Assembly (NCBI GenBank): GCA_036398035.1
Contig: DASWHU010000042.1
Span: forward strand, 1-37,451
DNA length: 37,451 bases
From: Alphaproteobacteria bacterium
Lineage (GTDB): Bacteria; Pseudomonadota; Alphaproteobacteria; UBA7887
Direction: 5' to 3'
The position numbers and the translations under genes are program-made. The stretch's first letter is position 1; each line of letters starts with the position of its first letter. Positions 11,956 to 21,038 of the stretch are shown piece by piece. The notes beneath the pieces are model-generated. The model did no database searches and was not told where the DNA came from. It saw nothing but the letters and a program-made list of their open reading frames with translations.

Positions 11956-12798
11956 TCAGCCGCCGATGGTCGACGACAGCGCCCGCCGGCCGAGCCACAG
12001 CACGAGCCACGCCAACCCCAACCCGACCGGCAGCGCCTGGATCACGAACGCCAGCCCGCCGACGCGCCAGCGGTCGCGCAGCCGGCGCCCGCCGCCGGCC
12101 GCGATCAGCGGCTCGAGCGCCGCGTCGTAGCGGAACTCGTTGGCCTGCAAGGCGAGGCCCGCAGCGAGCGCGGCATCGCCCCGGGCGGCGAACGCGCGCG
12201 CCTGGTGGGCGAGCAGCGCCGCGTTGGGCGCGGCCGGCTTGTCGCCGCCGGCGAGGTTGGTGGCTAGCGCGCGCAGGGTGTCGAGCGGCCCGCGCGGCAG
12301 GCTCCACCAGCCGAGCAGCCAGGTGTGGAGGCTCGCCCACAGCGCCACCCGGTCGGCGCAGCTGCGACAAAAGGCGCCTTCGATGACCTCGACTTGCGAC
12401 CGCGTCAGCCTGCCGGTCACCTTGCGCAGCCGGACGTAACGCGGCTGGGCGCTGACCGTGGCGCAGCGCCGGCAACGCACCGGCGCGTATCCGGTCTCGC
12501 GCGCCCGCGCGGGGCGGGCCGGGCCGGCGCGCGGCGCTTCCGCCTTGGTCTCGGCGGCCGGGCGCGCGCTCGACTCGAGGGTGCGGCACAGCGCGTCATA
12601 CTCGCCTCGCCGATGCGCATCGCTGAGCACGTGATAGGCCTCGGTGAGCGTGCGGAAGGTGGTGCCGTCGCCGGCGCCGCCGGTGTCGGGATGCATTTCC
12701 TTGGCGCGCGCGCGATAGGCGCGCTTGACCTCCGCCGCACTCGCCTCCGGCGTGATGCCGAGCGCCGCATAGTAGCCCTTGACGTCGCCGAGGCTCAT
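11956..12798 (-). CDS. J-domain protein with CxxC...CxxC segment and C-terminal hydrophobic helices
   Basis: N-terminal J domain (YYAALGITPEASAAEVKRAYRARAKEMHPD). CRRC...CRSC pair in the middle. Hydrophobic stretches (LWASLHTWLLGWW, GLAFVIQALPVGLGLAWLVLWL) in the C-terminal half. Confidence 0.8.
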   Translation of the reverse strand: MSLGDVKGYYAALGITPEASAAEVKRAYRARAKEMHPDTGGAGDGTTFRTLTEAYHVLSDAHRRGEYDALCRTLESSARPAAETKAEAPRAGPARPARARETGYAPVRCRRCATVSAQPRYVRLRKVTGRLTRSQVEVIEGAFCRSCADRVALWASLHTWLLGWWSLPRGPLDTLRALATNLAGGDKPAAPNAALLAHQARAFAARGDAALAAGLALQANEFRYDAALEPLIAAGGGRRLRDRWRVGGLAFVIQALPVGLGLAWLVLWLGRRALSSTIGG

Positions 12799-12822
12799 GC
12801 GCGCGGCGCGCGCGGCCGCGGC

Positions 12823-13563
12823 TCACGAGATGTACAGGCCGCCATTGATGTGGATCGTCTCGCCGGTGACGAAGCTCGCGAGATCGCTGCACAGGAACAG
12901 GATCACGTTGGCCACCTCCTCGGGCCGGCCGAGGCGCTTCATCGGCGTCAGCTGCATCAGCAGGTCGCCTTGGACCTTGAGCAGCGGCTGGATCAGCGGC
13001 GTGTCGATCAGGCCGGGCGAGACCGCGTTCACGCGCACGTTGCGCGGCGCGAGCTCGATCGCGATCGAGCGCGTCAGGCTGAGCACGCCGCCCTTGGCGG
13101 CCGAATAATGAGCATGCTGGAACGAGCCCCGATGCGCCGCCATCGAGGCGATGTTCACGATCGCGCCGCCGTCGCGGATGATGCGCTGGATCGCGCGGCA
13201 GAAGTGGAACGCGCCGTCGAGGTTGATGGCGATGGTCTGGCGCCATTGCGCGTCGGTCATGCCGGCGGTGAGCTGGTCGAGATAGAGGCCGGCGCCGGTG
13301 ATCAGGAAGTCGGCGCTGCCGAACCGCTGCTCGCACAGCGCGACGGTGGCCTCGACCGCGGCCGAGTCGGTGACGTCGCACCCGGTCGCGACCACGGTCT
13401 TGCCCGCAGGGTCGAGCCCGGCGGCGAAAGCGGCGATGCCGTCCCGGTCGAGGTCGCTCAGCACCATGCGCGCGCCGCAGCCGTGGAACGCGCGCGCGAT
13501 CGCGCGGGTGATGCCGCCGTTGGCCCCCGACATCACCATCACCTTGTCGCTGAAATCGAACAT
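12823..13563 (-). CDS. short-chain dehydrogenase/reductase (FabG-like)
   Basis: SGANGGITRA cofactor motif, catalytic YSAAKGG, and PGLIDTP. Confidence 0.9.
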   Translation of the reverse strand: MFDFSDKVMVMSGANGGITRAIARAFHGCGARMVLSDLDRDGIAAFAAGLDPAGKTVVATGCDVTDSAAVEATVALCEQRFGSADFLITGAGLYLDQLTAGMTDAQWRQTIAINLDGAFHFCRAIQRIIRDGGAIVNIASMAAHRGSFQHAHYSAAKGGVLSLTRSIAIELAPRNVRVNAVSPGLIDTPLIQPLLKVQGDLLMQLTPMKRLGRPEEVANVILFLCSDLASFVTGETIHINGGLYIS

Positions 13564-13620
13564 CCTGCCTTGCCCTCCCTTGAATATGGATGCCTCTGCG
13601 AGCCGTGACAGGGCGCCGCC

Positions 13621-14502
13621 TCAGCCGCGCTCCTCGCCGAGGAACGCCTCCAGGGCGGCGCGCATCGCGCGCTCGTCGGGATCGAAGCCGAGCCACAGCC
13701 GCAAGGCTTCGACGCCCTGGGCGATGATCCAGTCGACGCCGGTGCAGGCCGCCGCGCCGGCGGCGCGCGCCTCGCGGCACAGCCGGGTCGGCTCGGGCCG
13801 GTAGATGGCGTCGATCACGTCGAGGTCGGCGCGCAGCAGGTCTGCGGGCACCGGGGTCGAGTCGTTGTCGGGGTACATGCCGACCGGGGTGGCGTTGACC
13901 AACAGGGCGGCGCCGGCGAGCGCGGCGGCGAGCGACTCGCGCTCGGCGCCCGCGACCGTCACCGTCGTCGCGCCATGTTCAAGGTCCCCGGCCAATGCCT
14001 CGCCGCGCGCGGGCGTGCGGTTGGCGATGACCAGCTCGCCATAGCCTGCCCGGACCAGCGCCACCGCCGCCGCCCGCCCGGCGCCGCCGGCGCCGAGCAA
14101 TACTGCGCGCCCACGCGCCCGCGCGGGTAGCGTTGCGATGCAGCGCAGCACGCCGTCCACGTCGGTGTTGTGGCCGACCAGCCGCCGGCCAGCGCCGACC
14201 ACCACCGTGTTGACCGCTCCGGTGGCGCGCGCCGAGCCGGCGAGCTCATCGAGCATCGCCACCACCTGCGGCTTGAACGGGATGGTGATGCACAGCCCGA
14301 TGCAGCCCGCGGCGACCACGCCCGTGAGCGCGCGCTCGAGGTCCTCGGCCGCGGGCGAGAATGGCACGAACACCACGTCGAGGCCCGCCGCCTCGAGCGC
14401 GGCGTTGTGGATCAGCGGCGACAGCGCATGGCCGATCGGCCGGCCGAAGATCGCCAGCACGCGGGTCTTGCCGGTGATCGGCGGGCGCGCCGCGGCGCTC
14501 AT
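13621..14502 (-). CDS. aroE: shikimate dehydrogenase
   Basis: FGRPIGHALSPLIHN, ITIPFK, NTDVDG and GAGGAGRA motifs. ATG at 14502 is preferred over the Arg-rich extension to 14601. Confidence 0.85.
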   Translation of the reverse strand: MSAAARPPITGKTRVLAIFGRPIGHALSPLIHNAALEAAGLDVVFVPFSPAAEDLERALTGVVAAGCIGLCITIPFKPQVVAMLDELAGSARATGAVNTVVVGAGRRLVGHNTDVDGVLRCIATLPARARGRAVLLGAGGAGRAAAVALVRAGYGELVIANRTPARGEALAGDLEHGATTVTVAGAERESLAAALAGAALLVNATPVGMYPDNDSTPVPADLLRADLDVIDAIYRPEPTRLCREARAAGAAACTGVDWIIAQGVEALRLWLGFDPDERAMRAALEAFLGEERG

Positions 14503-14698
14503 GTCATTATCCGGCCGCCGGTGAAGGGGCGCTTGATCCGGTCGCTGACGGGATCGAAGGCGTGATCGGGGTTCCGCGGCATGGCGCGCGGACTGTGCCA
14601 CCGATCGGGGAGTATGTCATCCGGTCCGCCCGACGCGGGCCGGTCGCCGGTCGCCGGTCCGATCCGCCACGCTATATTGTGCTCACGCGGAGCTCGCC

Positions 14699-16453
14699 AT
14701 GCCCGGTTCGTCGCAGCAATCCTGGAGCCTGATCTATTTCGCCATCGGCGGCGGGTTCGCGCTCGCGTTCCTGGTCGCCATCCTCGCGCTCAGCCGGGCG
14801 CGCGCCCGGCCGTATTGGCTGTTCGCGGTGCTCGCGGTGCCGGTCGTCGCCCTGTTCGCCAATCCCGACTGGCGCCTGTATTCCGCCCACGCGCTGTACC
14901 ACTACAGCATCGTCTACCAGATTTTCGAGCATGGCGTGCCGCCGTCGCTGCCGCTGGCCGCGGGCGTCGACCTCAAGTATTTCTATGCCATTCATTTCGT
15001 CATCGCCCAGCTGATGAGGCTGTTCGCCTTCCCGCCCGCCTGGGCGTTCGCGACCCTGGGCGTGGCGTGCCTGTTGGCGATGGTGCTGGTGCTCGACCGC
15101 CTGGCGCGACGCGTCTCGGACGACATTCCCTACCGCTGGCTGGTGCTGACCGTGATCCTGTTCGGCTCGGCGGTGCTGGTCGGCGATCCGATCGGCCGCG
15201 CCCTGGCGAACACGGGCGTGATCGTACGCGAGGGGCGCCTCGACCTGCTGCACAAGTTCATCGACATCAACAACAACCAGCTCGGCCTGGTGCTGTACGC
15301 GCTGGCGTTCCTGGGCCTGGTCAACCTGGTGGGCGAGGGCGGGCGCGAGCGCGCCGGCCTGGTCCAGTTCGCCACGGGCTACGTGCTCGCCGGCGTGTTC
15401 TATCCGCCGGCCTGGCTCGGGGTGTGCATCGCGGCGGCGGTCGCAGTCGGCCAGATGGTCGCGCTCACGCGGCCGATCCCGTGGCGCAAGATCGCGCAAC
15501 TGTCGGCGATCGGCGTGGTCGGCCTGGCGGTGCTCGCGCCGTGGCTCCTGTCGCTGACCGTCGGCAAGTCCGCCGACAGCGCGATCCGCCCGACCCTCGG
15601 CCTGCTCGCGCGCAACGCGCCGATCCTGGCCGCGGCGCTCGCCGTTCCCGTGCTGCTCGCGCTTTACAAGTCGGAGCTTCTGGTCAGGCACTTTCGGGAG
15701 CGGCCGCGGCTGTTCGGGTTTCTCGCGCTGTCGATGATCGTGCTGCAGGCGGCGTTCCTGCTCGTCTACCTGCCGACCGATGCCGAGTACAAGATGATCA
15801 ACTTCGCCTCGGTGCCGCTGGGCTTGATGTTCGCGCTGGTGCTGCGCCAGATGTTCGACCAGGTGCGCGTGTTGGCGACCGTGGTGCTGTTCCTGGTGCT
15901 GCTGCCGTTCAGCCAGAAGATCGGCACCTATCTGGTGTTCGGCTGGCCGGTGTCGGACCCGGCGACCACGGCGGGACGCTACATTGTCGACCGGGTGCCC
16001 GCGCAGCAGGCGCTCTACCAGTGGATCGCCGCCGAGTCGCCCGACGACGCGGTGTTCATCGACAGCTACGTGACCGTGCCGGCGTTCGCCAGGCGGCCGC
16101 TGCTGATCGGCACCGAGTTCCGCCGCGAGCGCGGCGAGCTCCACGTCGCCGGCGAGATGGGCTTGCGCAAGGACGGCTGGGGACCTGTGATCGACCTCAT
16201 GTTGCAGATCAACGGCGTCGATCCCGACCTCGCCGCGCGGCGGCTTGCCATCGCCGGCGAGTTCCTGGCCGAGACCGACCGGCGGTTGTCCGACGAGGTG
16301 TTCGCCGCCTTGCGCGGCGAGGTCCCGGGCCGCCCCGTCTACGTCGTCGCGCGCCACGGCGCGGTGATCACCCGGCTCGCCCGCGACCGGCGCTTGACCT
16401 CGGTGTTCCAGAACCGGGCGGCGACGCTGTTTCGGATCGCCGCCGCCGGCTGA
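14699..16453 (+). CDS. polytopic inner-membrane protein with C-terminal soluble domain (possible GT-C-fold glycosyltransferase)
   Basis: 584 aa. About a dozen hydrophobic helices over the first ~400 aa, then a hydrophilic domain. First gene of a same-strand trio with two GT39-like genes. No family motif recognised. Confidence 0.6.
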   Translation: MPGSSQQSWSLIYFAIGGGFALAFLVAILALSRARARPYWLFAVLAVPVVALFANPDWRLYSAHALYHYSIVYQIFEHGVPPSLPLAAGVDLKYFYAIHFVIAQLMRLFAFPPAWAFATLGVACLLAMVLVLDRLARRVSDDIPYRWLVLTVILFGSAVLVGDPIGRALANTGVIVREGRLDLLHKFIDINNNQLGLVLYALAFLGLVNLVGEGGRERAGLVQFATGYVLAGVFYPPAWLGVCIAAAVAVGQMVALTRPIPWRKIAQLSAIGVVGLAVLAPWLLSLTVGKSADSAIRPTLGLLARNAPILAAALAVPVLLALYKSELLVRHFRERPRLFGFLALSMIVLQAAFLLVYLPTDAEYKMINFASVPLGLMFALVLRQMFDQVRVLATVVLFLVLLPFSQKIGTYLVFGWPVSDPATTAGRYIVDRVPAQQALYQWIAAESPDDAVFIDSYVTVPAFARRPLLIGTEFRRERGELHVAGEMGLRKDGWGPVIDLMLQINGVDPDLAARRLAIAGEFLAETDRRLSDEVFAALRGEVPGRPVYVVARHGAVITRLARDRRLTSVFQNRAATLFRIAAAG

Positions 16454-16462
16454 CGGGCGAAC

Positions 16463-18076
16463 GTGAAGCCCGACACGCTCGCGCGTTTCGCCGCGCCGCA
16501 GGGGATCGGAGTCGGCCGTGCCGCCCGCCCGGCGCTCGCGCTCGCCGGCGTGGTCGCCCTTGCCGCGGTCGCCCGCATCTGGGGTCTCGACCGGCATTCG
16601 CTGTGGCTCGACGAGGCGTTCAGCTATCACTACTCGGGCCTGTCGCTGCACGACATCTGGCGGGCGATGCCGCTCTACGAGAGCCACCCGCCGGTCTACT
16701 TCACGATCCTCAAGGCCTGGCGGGCGGCGTTCGGCGACGGCGAGGCGGCGATGCGCGGCCTGTCGGTGGCGGCCGGCACGGCCACGGTGGCGCTGGTCTA
16801 TCTGCTCGGCCGCCTTGCCGGCGGGCGGCGAGACGGGCACCGGATCGGGGCGTTCGCGGCGCTGCTGTTCGCGATCTCGCCGCTGCACCTCGACTTCGCC
16901 CAACAAGCGCGGCCCTATGCCCTGATCATACTTGCCACGGCAACCACCTTGTGCGGGGTCGCCTGGCTGCTGCGACATCCGGCGGTCGCCCGCTCGCCGT
17001 GGCTCGGCCTCGCGGCGATGCGCGCCCACCCGCGGCGCGCGCCGCTGCTGCGCCGCGGCCTCGCCGCCTGGGCGGCGACCGCGCTCGGCGTTGCGGCGGC
17101 ACTGTGGCTGCACGACACCGTGCTCGTGTATGCGGCCGCCCTGGGTTTGTTCGGGCTGTGGCTCGCCTGGCGCTGGGGCTGGCCCAGGTCCTTCGTCGCT
17201 AACCTGATGATCGCGGGCGCCGCCGCGCTGGCGCTGTGGCTGCCGTTCCTGCCCACCTTCGCCGTCCAGCTCGCCGGCGTGTCGCGTGCGTTCTGGATGC
17301 CTGACCTGACCTGGCAGGCGGCGCTGGCGCCGGTCGGCTTCCTGATGGACGTCCGCTTCGTCCGCCCGCTCACCGCGGCGCCGGTGCTGGTGTTGCTGGC
17401 GCTCGCCGGCGCCCGCGGCGTCGCCGGCCGGTCGGGGGCGCCGATGGCCGCGCTGCTGATCGGCGTCGCGGTTGCCGGCTACGGCCTGATGCTGCTTTTC
17501 TGCCTGCTCGTGCAGACAGTGCTGGTCGAGCGGACCCTGATCTGGATGAGCGTGCCGTTGCTGGTGCTGGTCGCGGCGGGCGTGGTCGGCCTCGAGCGGC
17601 GGGCGCTGCGCGCCGCCTCGGCCGTGGTCGTTCTCGGCTTCTCGATCTGGGGCGCGCTGGTCTTTCAGCTTGCCTATCAGCGCGAGCCTTGGCGCGACAT
17701 CGCCGCCCGCATCGGCGGCCAAGCCGTCGCCGGCGACGTGGTGGTCGTGATGCCCAACAGCCTGGCGCTGCCGCTCGCCTACTATCGCGACCGGCTGGGC
17801 GATCAGGTCGCGGTGCACGCCATGCCCGCGGCGTTCCCCGAGATCAGCCCCGACCGCGCCTATCCGACCAGCGTGCTGGCCGAGCCCGCGTTCGTGCGCG
17901 CGGACCTGCCCGCGCTCGATGCGGCGATCGCGGGCGCCGGCAGCGTCTGGGTGATCACGCGCCTGGACGATATCTTCGATCCCGACCGGCTGGTGCTCGG
18001 CCACATGCGCCAAGTCAGGACCGAGACCGAGCACTGGCCGGTCAGCGGCTATCTGCACGTCCACAGGTTCAGATAG
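16463..18076 (+). CDS. GT-C membrane glycosyltransferase (GT39/GT83, ArnT/PMT-like)
   Basis: LWLDEAFSY...HPPVYF...GDGEAAMRGLSVAAG matches the N-terminal periplasmic-loop region typical of proteins annotated as glycosyltransferase family 39. Many TM helices. Paralogous to the next gene. Confidence 0.75.
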   Translation: MKPDTLARFAAPQGIGVGRAARPALALAGVVALAAVARIWGLDRHSLWLDEAFSYHYSGLSLHDIWRAMPLYESHPPVYFTILKAWRAAFGDGEAAMRGLSVAAGTATVALVYLLGRLAGGRRDGHRIGAFAALLFAISPLHLDFAQQARPYALIILATATTLCGVAWLLRHPAVARSPWLGLAAMRAHPRRAPLLRRGLAAWAATALGVAAALWLHDTVLVYAAALGLFGLWLAWRWGWPRSFVANLMIAGAAALALWLPFLPTFAVQLAGVSRAFWMPDLTWQAALAPVGFLMDVRFVRPLTAAPVLVLLALAGARGVAGRSGAPMAALLIGVAVAGYGLMLLFCLLVQTVLVERTLIWMSVPLLVLVAAGVVGLERRALRAASAVVVLGFSIWGALVFQLAYQREPWRDIAARIGGQAVAGDVVVVMPNSLALPLAYYRDRLGDQVAVHAMPAAFPEISPDRAYPTSVLAEPAFVRADLPALDAAIAGAGSVWVITRLDDIFDPDRLVLGHMRQVRTETEHWPVSGYLHVHRFR

Positions 18077-18083
18077 GCGCCTG

Positions 18084-19667
18084 GTGGGCGGCATGGCCGA
18101 GATCGTGACAGCGGGCGCAAGCGCGCGCCGGACCACCGTCGCGCTGGCGGCCCTGGTCGCCGTCGCGGCGGCGCTGCGCGCGTGGGGGCTCGAGCGGCAG
18201 TCGCTGTGGATCGACGAGGCTTACGCGTACTGGTTCAGCAGCCAGTCCCTGCACGATTTGTGGCAGGTCTTTCCCGCCCACCACAACCACCCGCCGCTGT
18301 TCATGACCATGATGAAGGGCTGGCGCTGGCTGCTCGGCGACGGCGAGGCGGCGATGCGCAGCCTGTCGGTGGTGCCGAGCGTGCTGACCGTGCCGGTGGT
18401 CTTCGTCATGGGCCGGCTCGCCGGCGGGGCCGCGCGCGGCGCGCAGACCGGGCTGCTCGCGGCGCTGGTCTTCGCGCTGTCGCCGTTGCACATCGACTAC
18501 GCGCAGCAGGCCTACGTCTACACCTGGTTCACCCTCGGCGCCGGCCTGTCGCTCGCCGGCGCATTCTGGCTGCTGGTTCATGCTCGCGCGGCGGAGCGCC
18601 CGTGGCTCGACCTGCGGCGGGACACGCACCGTGCCGGCGAGGCGCGGGCAACCGGCGCCTGGGCGGCGACGGTGATCGGCTCGGCGCTCGCGCTGTGGAT
18701 GCACAATGTCGCCGTCGTCTACGTCGCCGCGCTCGGCCTGTCGGCGGCCTGGATCGGCTGGCGCGACGGCAGGCCGCGCTGGTATTTCGCCAACCTCGTC
18801 CTGGCCGGGCTTGCCGTGCTGGCGGTCTGGTCGCCGTTCGCGGCCAAGTTCGCGGCCCAGGTCGGGGTCGTCTCGGGAAACTTCTGGGTCGAGGACGTCA
18901 CCCTCGCCTCGGCGCTGCAGTTCATCCCGTTCCTGTTCGAGATCCGCTTCACCTGGCCGATCAAGGGCTCGGTGCTGCTGGTCCTGCTCGCCGCGCTCGG
19001 CCTGTTCGCGATCTCGCGCTGGGGGCGGCGCGACCTGACCCGGCTGATGCTCGGCGTGGCCGGCCTCGCCTACGCGCTGCTGCTCCTGTACTCGCTGCTG
19101 GTGCAGTCGATCCTGGTCGACCGGCTGCTGATCTGGGTCAGCCTGCCGTTCTATGTCGCGGTGGCCGCGGGATTGGTCGCGATGCGCCGGCGCTGGCTGA
19201 GGGTGCTGCTGGTGGTCGCGATCGTCGCCCTCAGCCTGCAGGGCTACGTCAACTACCAGAGGGGATTCGAGCGCGAGCCGTGGCGCAACATCGCCGCTCA
19301 CCTCGCCGAGCATGCAGGCCCCGACGACGTGGTCGTGAACCTGCCCAACGACAACGTGATTCCGCTCGCTTACTATCTCGACGCCGGCGGTGGCTCGCTC
19401 AAGCTCGTCGGGCTGCCGGTGCCGTACCCCTCCTTCGATGAGAGCCGGTTGAGCCCGGTCGGCGTGATCTTCACCCCGGCGGTCGAGGCGGCGGACCTGG
19501 CGCGGCTCGACGAGGTGACCGAGGGGGCGGCGGCGGTGTGGTACGTCGCGCGCGAGACCCGCCTGTTCGACCCCGACCAGATCGTGCTCCACCATTTGCA
19601 GAAGACGCGCCGGCTCGCCTGGCATTGGCCGGTGCGCCAGCACATCGACGTCTACTGCTTCGAGTGA
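18084..19667 (+). CDS. GT-C membrane glycosyltransferase (GT39/GT83-like), paralogue of 16463-18076
   Basis: LWIDEAYAY...HPPLFM...GDGEAAMRSLSV and REPWRNIAAHL align by eye with the previous gene (REPWRDIAARI). GTG at 18084 or ATG at 18093 could be the start. Confidence 0.75.
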   Translation: MGGMAEIVTAGASARRTTVALAALVAVAAALRAWGLERQSLWIDEAYAYWFSSQSLHDLWQVFPAHHNHPPLFMTMMKGWRWLLGDGEAAMRSLSVVPSVLTVPVVFVMGRLAGGAARGAQTGLLAALVFALSPLHIDYAQQAYVYTWFTLGAGLSLAGAFWLLVHARAAERPWLDLRRDTHRAGEARATGAWAATVIGSALALWMHNVAVVYVAALGLSAAWIGWRDGRPRWYFANLVLAGLAVLAVWSPFAAKFAAQVGVVSGNFWVEDVTLASALQFIPFLFEIRFTWPIKGSVLLVLLAALGLFAISRWGRRDLTRLMLGVAGLAYALLLLYSLLVQSILVDRLLIWVSLPFYVAVAAGLVAMRRRWLRVLLVVAIVALSLQGYVNYQRGFEREPWRNIAAHLAEHAGPDDVVVNLPNDNVIPLAYYLDAGGGSLKLVGLPVPYPSFDESRLSPVGVIFTPAVEAADLARLDEVTEGAAAVWYVARETRLFDPDQIVLHHLQKTRRLAWHWPVRQHIDVYCFE

Positions 19668-21013
19668 GCCTCCGCCGCGAACCCGGCCTCCGGCACGTAG
19701 TAGGCGGACATCGCCGCCATGCGCACGGGACGCTCCTCGCCCGGGACCGGGTGGGTGTTGACGTACTCCCAGACGACCGTGCCGGAGGCGAGGTCGATCT
19801 CGACGATCTGGCCCTGGTCGGCGAGCGCAACCAGGGCGCGGCGGCCGTCCGGGTGCAGGTCGATATGCCCGGCGAACACCGTTGCGAACCGGCCCGCGCC
19901 GCTGCCGCCCGGCACCGGATAGACGGTGCGCACCGCATTCGTCGCCAGGTCGATCTCGACCAGGCGGCTCAGGTTCTCGGGGTCAAGCCCGCCCTTGTTG
20001 TCGAAGGCGAGGACTTTGTTCGCGCCACTGAATCGCGGGCTGTGCTGCGCCAGCGTCCGCCCGGCGAGCAGCCACTTGACCCGGCCCGAGGTGCCGTCGA
20101 GCACCGCCAGCGCGTTGCTGGTCCGCAGCGAAACCAACAGGTCGCCCGCGGCGAGGCCCGGATATTCGGACGCGAGCCGGGGGGAAAGCACGCGCACGTC
20201 GTTGAGGTGGGTCGGGTCGCACTGCTCGGAGGCGAGCGCCTCCGCGTGATGAAGCAGGCCCGGATAATCGGCCGCGAGCAGGGCCTTCAGGACCGGCAGC
20301 TCCCTGAGCAGCCGCCCGTCGGCGTCGAGCACCTTGATCTCGTCGTCGTAGACGAAGCCGGTCTCGCAGGTGATCTCGACGCCGCCGCCGAGCGCTACCG
20401 GCGCCGGCGCCAATCGTTGCGACGGCACATAAATGCGCCCCCCTTCGTCGAGCGAGAACCAGTGATGGCTGAGGTTCTGCTGCCGCCATAGCAGATTCCC
20501 GGCCTTGTCCAGCTTGGCAATGCCGATGGCGTAGGGGAATGCGCTCGAGCTCTGGTAGGAGACGAGCAGGTCGCCGTTCGCGAACAGGTGCAAGCCCATC
20601 GGCACCAGCCGGTCGAGCGGCCCGGCCCCGGCCTCGCGCGCGCGCTCGCCCCACAGCAGGTCGAGGTCGAGCGGCCAGGCGTGCACGACGCGCCCTTGCC
20701 GGTCGATGATCCAGGCGAGGCAGCCCTGCTCCGGGCACTCGCTCATGAGCTCGTAAGGGCCGCCCCCGACCAGGATCAGGTGATCGTTTTCGGTAGCATT
20801 TCCGTGTGCAATGACAGTTGGTTGTGAGTAGTCCTTATCATATCCCATGAACACAGTCGGCTGCCCGACGCCGAGCGCGGGAAGAAGCGCCCGGAGCGCC
20901 AGGCGGGCGTCCCGGAACTGCCGGTACGGGAACACCTCGAAGGTCGTGGTCGTGGCCGCGCCGGCGATGAAGGCGAGCGCGCACAGGCCGATCAGGAACA
21001 CCGCGCGCGCCAT
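19652..21013 (-). CDS. arylsulfotransferase (ASST)-like beta-propeller protein with N-terminal membrane anchor
   Basis: Start MARAVFLIGLCALAFIAGAA (ATG at 21013) is a signal-anchor. CDPTHLNDVRVL, GDLLVSLRTSNALAVLD, VLAFDNKGG and IVEIDLASGTVVWEY resemble ASST-family repeats. The Arg-rich extension to 21235 is rejected. Confidence 0.6.
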   Translation of the reverse strand: MARAVFLIGLCALAFIAGAATTTTFEVFPYRQFRDARLALRALLPALGVGQPTVFMGYDKDYSQPTVIAHGNATENDHLILVGGGPYELMSECPEQGCLAWIIDRQGRVVHAWPLDLDLLWGERAREAGAGPLDRLVPMGLHLFANGDLLVSYQSSSAFPYAIGIAKLDKAGNLLWRQQNLSHHWFSLDEGGRIYVPSQRLAPAPVALGGGVEITCETGFVYDDEIKVLDADGRLLRELPVLKALLAADYPGLLHHAEALASEQCDPTHLNDVRVLSPRLASEYPGLAAGDLLVSLRTSNALAVLDGTSGRVKWLLAGRTLAQHSPRFSGANKVLAFDNKGGLDPENLSRLVEIDLATNAVRTVYPVPGGSGAGRFATVFAGHIDLHPDGRRALVALADQGQIVEIDLASGTVVWEYVNTHPVPGEERPVRMAAMSAYYVPEAGFAAEAHSKQ

Positions 21014-21038
21014 CCGCCCTCGCTCGTTTCCGGCGGCG

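Noticed and set aside
14503-14698. Sigma-70-like -10 box (tatatt at 14673-14678) upstream of the first GT-C-type gene
   Set aside because: No acceptable -35 at 16-18 bp, and the leader would be only about 20 nt. Not supportable from sequence alone.
14672-18136. 1154-aa ORF antisense to the first two GT-C-type genes
   Set aside because: It is the longest ORF in the window, but the translation is an R/Q/H/D/P/G-rich string without domains. The sense strand encodes coherent polytopic membrane proteins with paralogous motifs. This is a shadow ORF.
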